NCBI GenBank assembly: GCA_009103225.1
Contig: RHPI01003156.1
Span: 102,537-166,536, forward strand
Reading direction: 5' to 3'
Length of the DNA: 64,000 nucleotides
Origin: Chlorokybus atmophyticus
Lineage: Eukaryota > Plantae > Mesostigma and Chlorokybus algae
Shown piece after piece: positions 25,991-38,900 of this stretch. The position numbers and the translations under genes were made by a program. Numbering within the stretch: position 1 is the first letter of the stretch; each line of letters begins with the position of its first letter. The notes below the pieces were generated by a model. The model was not told the origin of the DNA. It worked only from the letters and a program-made list of their open reading frames with translations, and made no database searches.

Positions 25991-26440
25991 TTTTTGCTCA
26001 CGCGCGCCGGCATGTGGCGGCCCTCCAGTGGCTGCAAAAGAACGCCCCCTCTATCGCCTGCGGGGAGTGTATGTGTCTCTGCAATGGCATCACCAGTTAC
26101 ACAGCCACAACTCTGCGTACACGCCAAGTAGGTGCGCGTGCGTCCATGCGTGCATGTGTACATGCATGAGCGCGTGCAAGTGTGGAGCAACAACTGCCCA
26201 CCCTTTCGTGTAGCTTGACAAGGACACACAGAAGTGGCTCAGCTCCGGCACATACTTGGGGCTTCCCAGTGCCTGCTGGCGCAAAACTTTGAGCGAACAA
26301 CACTTTTGAGGTGGTGTCTTCGTCAACAACTGAAGGACACGTCCATATTTATGTCTGGCGCTCAGCATCTGGACCATGGCTTCCACATGATTGTCGTGCA
26401 CGATGCCTAGCATACCATACCACCCCGGTCCGCCCTGCAT
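25990..26440 (-). pseudogene. Second partial copy of the middle exons of the FKBP-saposin gene
   Basis: GVLLQPLEGRHMPARVSK, GSPKYVPELS and GIVHDNHVEAMVQ match exons at 33.7-34.15 kb. Confidence 0.75.
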
Positions 26441-27164
26441 TTGCAAGCCACATGTGACACAGAAATGCGCGTGTGTGTATGCAAATGGAAACACACACAG
26501 AACCATGCTCTCGAACGTGCGCGTGCCAGCTAACAGCTCCGAATCCATTATTTGAAGTAACAGCTGCTTAGACTTTGGACACCCAGGTCACACAAGCTCC
26601 TTGCGCATACCTCTGTTGTTTGCTGCGGCAAAGTTGAATTGCGCAGTGATTGCAGCAAGTGACTCCGGCAGCGACAGCTTGGAGAGTTGACAAGTGCTTA
26701 GGCATGCTTGATCAACCAGCTTGTAAACGCAGTCCTTGTGTATGTACATATTTAAGCTGGTTGCGCAACGGCAATGCAGGCATGGCTGCTGAGTACATGC
26801 AGCATGTACTCGGCGGAAGCATGCAGAAATCAACGGCTGGACCACACAGCTCCGCCATGAAAGCGTGCCATGCATGTAGAGGATATGCTGTCGTGCATGA
26901 CTGCTTACTAGCAGTCAGGCATGACAGCCTGCTTGCATGCTGCTGACTGCACGCAGCAAAGCCAGGAGAAAGCATGCAGTGCATGTAGAGCACTGCTTGG
27001 TTAAACTGCACTACTTACTGGCAATCTGGCATCGCAGCCTCCATGCAGAAGTCCAGCGCCTGAGCTTCGCAGGCGTCTCGCGCAAGCGCCACTTATTGGG
27101 TGACAGCGCCAAAGACGCCGCTGTCGCTAACAGCAGCAGGCAGCAACAGCTACAAACAGCCATT

Positions 27165-27810
27165 CATTATGGCTCACCAATCGTGACTGAAACTTCAGCA
27201 ACGATGCCAACCTCCACGCATTCTGTGCTTGGTTGCAAACTACGGCTGTGCCTTGGCATACTTTGGCAGGCTATGAGCCACACATGCAGTGGTGAGGATG
27301 TCAGCATCGGTAACTACCCCAAAGTAGTCTTTCCACTCCTTGCGAGCGATTGCTGTTCTCAGATGCTGGCACTTTATCAGCAATTGCCTGACATTCCTGA
27401 GCTGCGCGCGGGGTCGTTCTTCTATCGTAGTTATTGTCGTTGCGACTTGCATGCCATCGTACTGATAGTAATCAATAAGCATGACACAGTCGCTGAGAAG
27501 CCCCGGCGAGAGCAGCCGCTCTGAGTGTGGTTGTTTTGGCCGATAGGAAAGTACACAATGTGCAGAACTCCACCCTATAGGTTAGCCATTACCAAAGACA
27601 CGAATGCCTGTTGTAAACAGCTTGTGTGATGTGTTGATTCCACAAGGGACAGTTTTGCTTTTATGGTTTGCTCATGAAACTAGTCATACAATGTGGCAAG
27701 TGACGTATGTCGTTCTGTCCAGTAGACCAACTATTGTGCTGTGTAGTTTGTAGAATGACCTTCATCGACGGCCGCTGCGGCCTGGCCTGTTAAAGCAGCC
27801 TCCCCATATA
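27165..27810. pseudogene. Coiled-coil/nuclease-like family copy 2, with its middle part inverted, followed by the shared terminal intron-exon cassette
   Basis: Minus strand ~27165-27410 reads RKEWKDYFGVVTDADILTTACVAH...VEVGIVAEVSVT. Plus strand ~27425-27560 matches 31870-32030, and 27563-27810 matches 32014-32270. Confidence 0.65.
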
Positions 27811-27814
27811 AGAA

Positions 27815-28090
27815 CGGTCGTGTGTGCAGCGCTGACTGCCCACCCTTCTGTGCAGCTTGAATATGTTGCGTACTATCACAGAACTATGTGCACACAGCGA
27901 TGCGTTGGTGGTATGTCAAACGTAGCACCTGCTGCTGATGCTCACCTTCTGGACTATGGCCTCCACAGCGTCATTGTACATGATGCCCGGCATGCCGTGC
28001 CGCTCGTCCCTGCTAGTGCATGTTATATATTACAAACATGCACTTAAGCATACCCACGCACGCGCATACGCACGTGCACGCGCATCCGCA
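27815..28090 (-). pseudogene. Third partial copy of FKBP-saposin gene exons and intron
   Basis: ctgactgcccacccttctgtgcagcttgaatat... and gtcattgtacatgatgcccggcatgccg match 33920-34140 in the same orientation. Confidence 0.7.
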
Positions 28091-28949
28091 CGCATGCATT
28101 TTGAACATAGCACCTTCTGGCTTGACTCTCTTCTGTTGTTGAGCTGTTGTGAAGCCACTAGCACCATTGGCCAAGCATGCAGGCCAACGGTGCTAGTGGC
28201 TGCAATGAGGGTCTAATCAAAACATCTGAGATCGTTGCCCTATCGACCACAGAGACTTTCACCGATTGGTTACTCAGCGTGCCATCAACCCAGTACATAG
28301 TTTTTAATCTAACCGACACAACCACAACACCAATCAGCCAATAACGGGGCAGCAACCATCAACACATATCACAGTGCACAACTCAAAATCACATCGACAC
28401 TGCTGAGTTGCTGCTGTTGCTCTAGCCTTCGCTCTGGATGATTGTTGCAGTGTTGTGTCAAGCACGCAAGCTCTAACCGGCGTCAAATTCGAGAGCAATG
28501 ATGTCTCCACCAAACTCCCCACCCTCGTACGCAAGGAAAGATGTGGGACGGCATGGGTAGTTTGAGACAATGCTGTATAAGAGCTGGAGAGCACTTCCTG
28601 TTAAGACAGTTGAAGAGCATGACTCTCAACCTGGGTGAAGACTTGCAATAGACAAGACATAGATACAAAGCAAAGGTCCCACGCTTGGAGCTGACTAGCA
28701 CATTGCATTTGGTCGATTGCACGCCTCGATGAAGTCAACAAACACAGCCGAAACTGCACGCAAGCAAAGGTGAACAGCGCCCCACTCGACGCACTTGATG
28801 TGTTGAACAGCAGCTGATACTGGTAGGGCTTTGAGCAGACCAACGTGCCTACCGCCCGTCCACGACAAAGCTGTCTTGGTCAGTGGTGACAACTTCTTGC
28901 TCTTGGGCTTGTTATTAAGGTGTGAGCACTGAGCACCTCGTATCGAAGG

Positions 28950-29490
28950 GGGGTCTCTTGAGCACCCACAAAAGGTTATCTCCATTAGCGCCACCGTTCT
29001 CATTGTTGTCGACATTGCCATCCATGATGTGTAACTTGAGGAGCCCCACTTCATACTGGACACTGATCATGTTGTCTCCCCTGTCTTCCCTAGCAAAGAA
29101 GCCAAATGTGGCCTCTCCCCAAGCAAGACTTCGCGTGCTTTGGCCGGTACATCTACCCTCCTCACCCGGTGTGTGGCATGTGTGTGTATGCGTGCAACCG
29201 CACAGTGCATGCGCTTGCACGCATGTACAGCTATTAATGTGCATGTGCATGTGTGTATGTGCGTGTCTGCGAGTGCCTGTCTTTAGGTGCTTACATATGC
29301 ATGTCACTGCATGTTGATGCGCGTGTGAGACGGACACACCAACAGGCGTTAGTACACTCTTCGTCTGCTGGGTGGCTATAACAACCAGGGAGCAAGTGCA
29401 GAACACGTAAGCTTGAAATGCAACACACGCGCACACCTTTGCAGTGCGTGCACAGCCGTCATTGGCGAAGTGTATCTTCTGCCACCATCA
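28950..29490 (-). pseudogene. More diverged copy of the FKBP-domain exons
   Basis: ISVQYEVGLLKLH matches IWFDVELLKIH; 29400-29490 matches the exon 1/intron 1 junction at 35260-35350. Confidence 0.55.
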
Positions 29491-29609
29491 CGCTCAAAAG
29501 ATGAGTCATCACTGCTGGAATAAATCTGATGGGTGCATCGTTGAAAGGTTGCGGGTGAAGCCAACTCTGTGCTCTTATGCGCAGGGTTGAGAGCTCCGCA
29601 CACAACGTC

Positions 29610-30110
29610 AACGTGCAGGCGGGCCGTGCGGCGGTAGACGAGGCGGAGGAGGAGGAGGAGGCGCTGGAATTGAAGTGCTTTGGGCACTTAATCCTGCACA
29701 CACCCTACAGCCTAGCACAGTTAAGGCGCAGGCGGGCCGTGCGGCCGTGGACTTCCGTGTCATACGCTGCGCACGACTCATGAGTCATTGGATTGGCTTG
29801 CAGAGATTCATACATCAACGATGAGGGAGATGTCGCACTGCTTGATTGAATCTTCGGCAGGTTGCTAGTGAAGTCAATTGTGTGCTGCACGCACAGAGTC
29901 CAAGTCCAAGCATTGCGGCGGCGGACGAGGCGCAGGAGGCGCAGGAGGCGGAGCAGGAGGAGGAGACGCTGGAATTGAAGAGGTTGGCAAAAGCGTCAAG
30001 CGCCACCTTTAACCCTGCACATACCCTATAGTCAACCCTAACCAAGGCGCAGGCGGCGGTGGACGAGGGGGCCGAGGAGGCCGGGCAGGCGGAGAGCAGG
30101 CGCGCTCAAG
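29610..30110 (+). repeat. Dispersed/tandem Glu-Ala-rich units (~130-150 bp), related to 20680-20760
   Basis: Two units share gacgaggcg...gaggaggag..gctggaattgaag...cctgcaca.accta.ag...aaggcgcaggcgg. The motif gcgggccgtgcggc occurs near 20684, 29619 and 29732. Confidence 0.6.
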
Positions 30111-30545
30111 CCTGCGAGAAGCCGCTGACATGACGCTGTCGGGCTGTTTCACTGCAACAGCTTCTAGCCACTACGACTACGCCCGTGGCAAACAGCTTAG
30201 ATTTCAGGGGTGCGCGATTGTCTGCTTGTGCATGTATGTGTGCTTGTAGACAATCTACGGTAAACACATTTCCCCTGAAGCGAGGGGAATTGTGTCTACT
30301 GCACATGTGGGTCATTTCACGTGCGTGCATGCATGCAGCGTGTCTTCCTCGTTGGGCTGCTGAGGTTGCCATTTCGTTTGGTGTTGCACTTTGTTGCGGA
30401 CATGACTCAAACAGGCAGTTTCTGCGTACAGCTTCTGGTGGACTACATCAATTATACGTTGTTGTCAATTGCAGTGATCTGGATTTGGAAAAGGTTGCAA
30501 GTTCGCTAATTTGGTCTATTCGGTCTGTGGGGAGGAAGGAGACCC

Positions 30546-30797
<252 letters not shown>

Positions 30798-31064
30798 NGG
30801 CAGGGCCACAGCTGACACTGTGCGGTCCGCTCCCTTAGATCACACCCGCGACTCGCCCTCGACCCAGGGCAACAGAATAGGGAGACCTCCTTGCTGCATT
30901 TGGGGGGTGGGGCGGCATCCCGCCGGCCCCACCTGCTTAGAACGGTTTGCTGCACAACCGGCGGCAACAATGGCTTGGAAGGTGTGTAGTTATCAACCAA
31001 AACATTCACATTCACATTGCTTCCAACAAACAGATATATTGACCACGTTAACTCTGTTTGCACA

Positions 31065-32286
31065 GGGCGCGCAGCATTCCTGCGCGATATTAAAATGTTG
31101 GTGACCGAGGCCGTGGCTGCAGCGGTTGAGGACTTGACGACAGCTGTGGAGTCTATGCAGTCCAGGCTCACACAGTCGAAGAAGGCTTGACTGGTGTCAA
31201 GGGCGATCTGGCAGGTGGCAGATTTGAGCAGAATGAGCAGATTTTAGGTATTATGGCGTGCAAGTCGCAGTATGACAATAACTGCGACAGGAGAGCTGCC
31301 CTGTGCGCAGCTCGCTCCACGTCATCTATGCTAAGCGCGAAACTTCAGCAACAACACCAACTTCCACGCAGGCTGTGCGTGGTGGCAATCTGCGGCGGGT
31401 GTGCCTCTCTACCTACCTGTGGTAGGTTGTGCGCCACACATGCAGTGGCAATGATGTCGGGGTCACGAACTACACCGTATTGGTCTTTCCACTCCCTGCG
31501 CGCTGCTGCCGTTGTCAAGTCCTGGCGGTTGTCAACAACTTGGCCCCGTACATTGACGACCTGTTTCAGACTCCAATCGTCCACTCTCCCGAAGAGGTGG
31601 CCAGGCATGTCCGGCAGTCGCTGGACAACCGCCAGGACTTGACAACGGCAGCAGCGCGCAGGGAGTGGAAAGACCAATATGGTGTAGTTCGTGACGCCGA
31701 CATCATTGCCACTGCATGTGTGGCGCACAACCTACCACAGGTAGAGAGGCACACCCGCCGCAAATGGCCACCACGAACAGCCTTCGTGGAAGTTGGTGTT
31801 TTTGCTGAAGTTTCGATCACGCTTAGCATAGATGACGTGGAGCAAGCTGCGCACAGGGCAGCTCTCCTGTCGCAGTTATCGTCATACTGCGACTTGCATG
31901 CCATAATACCCATTGCGATTGGTCAGCACGACACCGTCGCCCCGAAAGTCCTTGCGAGAGCAGCTGCGTTGGGAGTCGTTGTTTTTGCCAATAGGAAAGT
32001 TCGTGATGCGTAGAACTCCCCACCCTGCAGGTGAGCCATAACAGCAGACAGCAAAATGCTTGTGACAAACAACTTGTGTCATGTGTTGATACCACAAGGA
32101 GTGGTTGTGGTTTGTTCTTGGAACTACTCGCACAATGTGGCAAGTGGCGCCTCTTGTTCTGTGTCCAGTAGACCAACCAGTGTGCTGTGTTGTTTGTAGG
32201 ATGCCGATCAGCGGCGGCCGCTGCTGCCTTGCCTGTCGCGGAAGCCTCTCCCGCCCGCTCCCGAAGAAAAGCAGCAGCAGCGGTAG
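31065..32286 (+). pseudogene. Coiled-coil/nuclease-like family copy 3, disrupted by an inverted duplication
   Basis: Probable N-terminal exon 31065-31190 (LVTEAVAAAVEDLTTAVESMQSRL). Open frame YIDDLFQTPIV...DADIIATA...VFAEVSITLSIDDVEQAAHRAALL...ARAAALGVVVF runs to TAG 32011-32013, then 18 in-frame nt, an intron and exon 32200-32286. Confidence 0.65.
31247..31910. repeat. Long inverted repeat: arms 31247-31533 and 31624-31910, 90-bp spacer
   Basis: Manual alignment gives about 10 substitutions and two 4-nt indels over 287 bp. Confidence 0.92.
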
Positions 32287-33062
32287 TCTGGCAGATTGTG
32301 TCCCGTGAGTGGTTGGTGTGATGTGTTTAACATGTTTAGGTTGTACCCAAGCAGACGCCAATGAATTCATCTCCGTGTCGCAGAATGAGCCAAAGGGCGG
32401 TGGTCGCGTGGTCATTGCTTGACAGCTGCGTTGATGCACAAGGCGCAATGAGAGTCCTCGTCATTGACTGCACCGCAGCGCTCTGCCCAGGGAGCTTGGT
32501 GTGGACCAGAGAGACAACAGCACAGGAGACGCTCACATCAGAATGTCTCAAGCTCACTCCCTAGTGTTCGTTGCTTGCTAGGCCTACTTTGTGTGCGTGG
32601 CTTCCAAAGCGTGCATGTCCATGGAGCAAGCGGTTATTGTGATATCAAGAAGTGTCATTGTCGTTTTCTCGCCATACATGCCTCATACAAGCTTGCTGAC
32701 TTGACTGGAGCATGTAGGAACACCGCAGTGTAGTGGTCTCGGCAATTCACCACCAGTGGTGGCCTCGATTTTGCTTTCATCGTCACTGCCTGCTGCGCAG
32801 TTTTCGCCTGCTGCGCAATCTCTGCCTGTTGCGCACAGCCTCTGACTGTACATGTTTGCATGATACCATGACAACTTGTTGTTGCCTATGCATGTTTGAA
32901 GAAAACACATCAACCACCCAGACATAACAGCTTTGCTTTCTACACAAAATCCATGTTCCATGTTTACAGCCGCTTACCGCTGTGTAGAGTCTGCCTGCAA
33001 GTGGTTTGTTTGCTACGCGTATGCAAAGGCACTGTGTCCCTTATTGCAAGTTGAATCTAAAC

Positions 33063-35474
33063 TCAAAGCTCATTCCTAACTGTCATTGGCAATTGCGACG
33101 ACAACTGTGACCTAGAACACAGCCCCGCGGCCTCCACACACACCTTCCTGGCAGTCAGCGCTGCATTGTCGTCATTAACCCTCTGTGTGAAAGCTTCCAC
33201 AATATCGGGCATGACATCTGTAGCGAGGTCGTCGCACGTCTCTTGCACCACGCTCGCCTTGCTGGGCGCACAATCACACTCAACATCTCGATAAGTGTGT
33301 TGTTGGTCAGGAGAAGACCAACAACAATGCATCTCAATTGCACATGGGTATCGTATAAACTGGTTGTACTTACCTGTATCTGAACATCGCTTTCTGACAT
33401 GACGACTCCACAGCCTCGCGCACGTGCTTTGGCAAAACACTGTTGTGGCTGTTACCTCGCGCGTGCCCACCCAACCGAAGCACCATTGCAACATCTCGCA
33501 CAACCGCCTGTTGACATGCCAAACAATAAACCATACATCTCAAGCAAAGTACAGGCCATTCGCAGTCAGTGCTGCTGCTCACTGGCCTGGCAGGCTGTGC
33601 AGGGGTCCCTGGGAGACAGTTGATCATAGTAAGCATCACCATCTGGTGACGTTGCTGATGGTGTGTCCCCGTTGTTACACGCAGCGGCCATGGTGGGCCC
33701 GCAGATCTTGCTCACGCGCGCTGGCATATGGCGGCCTTCCATTGGCTGCGACAAAAACTCCCCCACTATCGCCTGCGGGGAGGGTGTGTGTCTTCGCAAT
33801 GGCATCATCGGTTACAACGCCACAAGTGTGTGTGCGTGTGCTGGCGCATGTGTGTGCATGTGCGTCTGCGGGTGTATGCCAGTGTGCATTTGAGCGCGTG
33901 TGCAACTGTGTGTGCAGAACTGACTGCCCACCCTTTTGTGCAGCTTGAATATATCGCGGCAGGTGGTTCGGAGCTCCGACACGTACTTGGGACTGCCCAT
34001 TGCCTTGCTATCACAGAACTGTGTGCACACAGTGACATGTTGGTATGTCCAACAACAACAAAGCACGTGCTGCTGTTGCTTACCTTCTGCACCATGGCTT
34101 CGACATCGTCATTGTACATGATGCCCGGCATGCCGTCCCCGCTCCTCCCTGCTATTGCATGTTGCATGTAACACAGACACAAGCACAAGCACACGCCACC
34201 CATATATACAACCCACGCCCACACCCACGCGCACATCGAACCACCCACACACGCACCTATGTACGCACATGCACATAATTGCACACGCACACTGGCCAAC
34301 CTCCCACTACACACCTTCTGGCTTTACCCTCTTCTCATTAAGCTGCTGCGTCATGACGCCAACCCACTGCAGGTAGAACTCCTCAACCATTGCTCGACAC
34401 AGCTCGCATATTGTGCTTGAGGACACTTGTTGTTGGCCCGCATCATCATCATGCCTCTCACTATCATCGTCCGTGTCGTGTATCTTGAGAAGCTCCACGT
34501 CGAACCAGATCTTGCTCCCGTCATCTGGAGCCGAGCGCGGCCTCTCGCCAGGGAGGGTTTCCCAAGCTTTAGCAGGCACGCCCACTCTCCTCACCTGGTG
34601 AATGCCACGCATGTGCGTGCGTCTACAGCACGTGCGCCTGTGCGTGTCAGCGCATACGGAGATGTGCGTGCGTGCATTTGTGCGCGCATGTGCATGTTGG
34701 TGCGCATGTAACACAATCAGGCTTTCTTCTTGCTCACTTCTCCTATGCACATGTCGATCATGGCGAGGGCGATGGGGCTTCCACCCGTCTGTCGCAGCCG
34801 CGCCACCACGGCGTCTTCATCACCATCATCAGCAACAAGCAGTGTGATGTCGTGGGGGCGGCCGACAACGTACGTGTCCTCCAGTGGATTGCCGCCAGGA
34901 GTCTGCGCCTTCCAGTGAACTGACACCTTTTCGCCAGCCTGAGACACGCAACCATGCAAGCATCATATTGGATTGGGATCAGCAAGCAGGGGAGAGGCCT
35001 GATTGTCGTAGTTCTCGTCTACATCATTTGCAATGCGTTGTGTACACTGTGGAACCTCTGTCACAGGTTATATGTCGAGTGCATGCCCACAAGGCCCCAA
35101 GCAGTCTTGCTTGTGCATGGAACTACAAGGGCAAGACCTTGTCATTTACACACCCAGCGACTTGAACGACAGCAGGCGTTGCGCACAGGCTGTTATGTTG
35201 TGTATAGTCCTCTTGTACGCTAGGCTTGTATGCCTTGGCTGTGCGTACCAGGGAGCAAGTGCAGATCACACAATCAAAAAGTGAGTAAGCAACCCATCCA
35301 CACCTTTGCATTGCGCGTGCAGCCATCCTTGGCGGAGTGTATCCGCTGCCACGTCACGCCCAGTATCGTCCGGTGCTCCCTGTGCTTGGGCGCAGCCAAC
35401 GCAGGAGCCACCAACAACACCACCGCCGCCGCCGCCCACGGCAACAGCACCCACTGCCACACCCTCACCGCCAT
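33063..35474 (-). CDS. Predicted ER-luminal protein: signal peptide, FKBP-like domain, two saposin/Canopy-like Cys modules, C-terminal RNEL
   Basis: Signal peptide WVLLPWAAAAVVLLVAPALAA. FKBP-like GCTRNAK|AGEKVSVHWK...DMCIGEVRRVGVPAK...IWFDVELLKI. Cys modules CELCRAMVEEF...TTCRDIF...KICG...AC and PCTACQ...TCDDL...KVCVEAAGLC. Ends TVRNEL*. Confidence 0.75.
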
Positions 35475-35949
35475 TAGCGCCACTCTCACTTTGACTGCCT
35501 GAGCAGGGTTTTCCGTTTCGACCCGCAATCAACTAACTGGACCCAGATCAATAGAAGCGGGTCCAGTTGTTGGGGTCAGTGGACCCGGATCAGTAAAAGT
35601 GCGCAATTGTGGCTTGTAGTTTTGCGCATTTGCCACGTGGAAGTGACGCATTTGTTGGGCGGTGAGGTTGTTGGCGACGTCGCCGCTGTCGGCGTAGCGG
35701 TGGGCTGCGCCGCCTCTGCCGGCAGCTGAGCGAGCAGCCTCGACCTGCACCATCCCTTTGCTGAGAGTTGTGCTGGTGCTTGTTTGGGTAGATTGGATTA
35801 GGGTTTGCGGCCCTTGTGGCCTGGGCGGAAGTAAGCGTCCGCTGGAGGTAGAGCTGCAGCCTATTCGTGGAGGGTGGCGACACGTGGCTGCCGGGGAACG
35901 TGAGGGGGAAGGCGGCAGGCGGGACGCTGACAGAAGCAGTCACGGAGCC

Positions 35950-38900
35950 ATGGCAGTTGCCGCCGACGATGACAGAAGCTTTCGCAAGCTCATGCAGAAG
36001 AGTGAGCTGCCGGCGAAGCTGCTGCAATGCAGCCTTTGGACTGCATGCGCAGGCCGCCCCTTTCCGTGCTCGTTGCTTGCTCTTCTTCAGACGCATGCAA
36101 ATGAAACTCTCTCCGCACTCTTGCAAAATTTTGTTTTATATTATTTGATTTTTATTTTGGTTAGTGTCGTCAAGTCAAAGGCCGCGCACCCACCTCTGCA
36201 CTGCATGCATGCTTTACCTCCAATGAAAACAGCAGCATTTCCTGTCGCTCAGCTGTACTCTGCCCTTACCTGCATTGGGTGTGCTGCAGGGTTGATGGTA
36301 GATGTATTGGAAACGGCCAAACTAGCTCGTGGCTCAGAATGGAAGGCAAGGCACTGCTCGTTTAATCCAGATGCCACTCGAGTAAAATGCAAACAGATAC
36401 TTACTTCTAACTGCATCTTTGTTATTTTGCAGGTTCTGGTTGTTGACGACTTCACCATCAAAGTCATATCATCCGTTGCAAAGATCAGCGATGTTTTTGA
36501 TGAGGGCGTGTCATGTGAGTGCTGTTATATGTACGGCGCGTTTGTTGACTGCATGCACATTCTTACATGCTCCTTGCACTTCTTTCTGTGTGCTGTAGTG
36601 GTTGAGGACCTCGCCAAAAAGAGGCAACCGATCCTGGCAGAGGATGGCATATACTTCATCACCCCCTCGCCCAGCAGGTACGTAACTTGACATCTTGCAA
36701 CGGGGTTGCTGTATCACGAACAGGGTTCCTTTGCATATAGGTGAGCGGGCCTTGACAGACTTCGGTGTGTGATGCAGTGTGCAGAAGCTGCGTGAAGACT
36801 TTGCGACGAGGCCACAGTACAGAAGGTGGTAGCGCAGTCATTCAAAGCAAGAGTGGACATGCTAGTGGGTCAGCAACGGTCTAATTCTTGTTTATATGCA
36901 GTGCACACGTTTTCTTTTCTTCCCCAATACCCCGCCAGATATTGTCACAGTTAAAGACCGATGGAGCGCTCATGAGCAAGGTGGCCACGTTGCGGGAGGT
37001 ACTCTTCCAACTCACATCTTGCCTTGTTCAATTGGACAACGCTCAAGTCAATGCCATGTCCGTGTGGTCTTCTAAAAGGCAGCTTTGTTACAACAGGTTA
37101 ACATGGAGTTGCTAGCAGTTGATTCCCAGGTAACAGCCAACTAGATTAGGGTTGCCATATGATCTCCTTAGGAGAAGCAGTGGTTACCAACAAGGTTCAC
37201 TCGGCTGGCAGACTTTCCTCACAGGCCAAGAGGACGCAATGGAAGTGCTCTTTGGCACCGGAGTGATAGGGTCACAAGACTATGAGCGGATGATATCCCT
37301 TATAGCCACAAGGCTGTCAACACTATTTGCATCTCTTCAGGTATGTGAGCATGCATCTCTTATGTGCCACCACATGTTCCATTGTACACCACAGGTCTTC
37401 AAATATGAGTTTTCCTCGTTGCAGGAGTGTCCAGACATCAGGTACCAGACCTCCAAGGCCAGCGGTGCTTCAGCAGATGGAGCCTCACAGCGCTCTATGA
37501 CGTGCCTTCGCGTGGCGCAAGCATTGGCAGAGCGAATAACTTACTTCAAGACGTCCCTTCCCACATTTCCACAGGTTTGTGGTGGGTGAAGTCCTCAAGC
37601 AGTTTTGCGTTTAGTTGCAAAGTATTTGATGTGCAGACAGGCTCCTGTGAGCTGCTCATCGTAGACCGATCCATTGATCCGGTGGCGCCGGTCATTCATG
37701 AGTGGACGTACGAGCCAATGGTGTTTGATCTACTGGAGCTCAACGGCAATGCATACAAGTACCAGGCACGTTCTGAATAGCCGTGTGACTTGTTTACATG
37801 TATGTATGCGCCAAGCCATGACATAGCCACGCCGTACTTGCGGCTACTGTCACTTGGTGGCGTTCGCTGTAGTGTTTGTTCCGGATGTCACTGACCTACA
37901 TTGTACAGGTGGAAACCAATGCAGGCAGGATGGAAACCAAGGAAGTGCTGCTGGATGAGCACGACACAATGTGGAGGGACCTCCGGCATTTGCATATTGC
38001 TGAGGTAATGTACAGCATAGTGCCGCGGCCAAGCCCTCTGCCAAGTTCAGTGTGACTGACACTGTTGACAGGCTTCCCTCAAACTGGACGAGACCACGCA
38101 GACACTGAACAAAAAGTATGCAGCGTCCCAAGGAGCTGGTGGCGCCAGTTCTGTGAAGAGCATGCAGCGTATGGTCCAGGTAGAGTACATCGCAGCTTTT
38201 TCATGGAGGCTGTGCGAGCGTGCGCTCATTGGGCTCACCATGGTTTGTGTGCAGGACTTGCCACAGTACAGGGAGATGAGGTCGAAGCTGGCGTTGCATG
38301 TGGATCTCGCATCCAAGATCAATGCTGCTATCCGGGAGCGTGGAATGACTGATGTGGGTCAGCTGGAGCAGGACATGGTTTTCGGCGCTGCGGGATCGAA
38401 AGAACTTATCAACCTGTTGAACACACGCATGGTTGGCACTGCTGCGTGCATGTTTTGGCACTGACTGTATGAGCATGCTTTTACAACTGCAGGTGCACCT
38501 TCATCTTGCCATGGGTGTGGTCACAACACCCTGGCATGCCTTGTGTCCATGGACATATGATGCATGGGCGATAGTTGTGACATTTGACTAAGTCATTTGC
38601 ACCTTGCCATAACGTCGCCACATTCTTTACAGGATCTGTCAACCGAGGACAAAGTGCGCCTGCTGATGGTCTACGGCATCACCCACCCTGAGAAGCTGGA
38701 TCCTCAGAAAACTGCACAATGGATCAAGGTGAAGGAGCTGACATGGCATGCGACTGTGTCTGTGCAGTGTGCAGCAATAGTTGTGAGCCAGGCAGTTCGC
38801 ATGGTCTTAACAGCTGGCTTCAAACTCAGTGTTTGCATTCAGCTACCAGTCATGCAGCACCAACCGTCTGTGTGCTAATGTGTGGTGTAAATGCCTGTTT

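Noticed and set aside
29487-29515. DSSFER peptide matching an FKBP motif
   Set aside because: DNA alignment shows this stretch corresponds to exon 1 in a different frame, so the match is coincidental.
30034-30043. Telomere-like AACCCTAACC
   Set aside because: A single unit, expected by chance.
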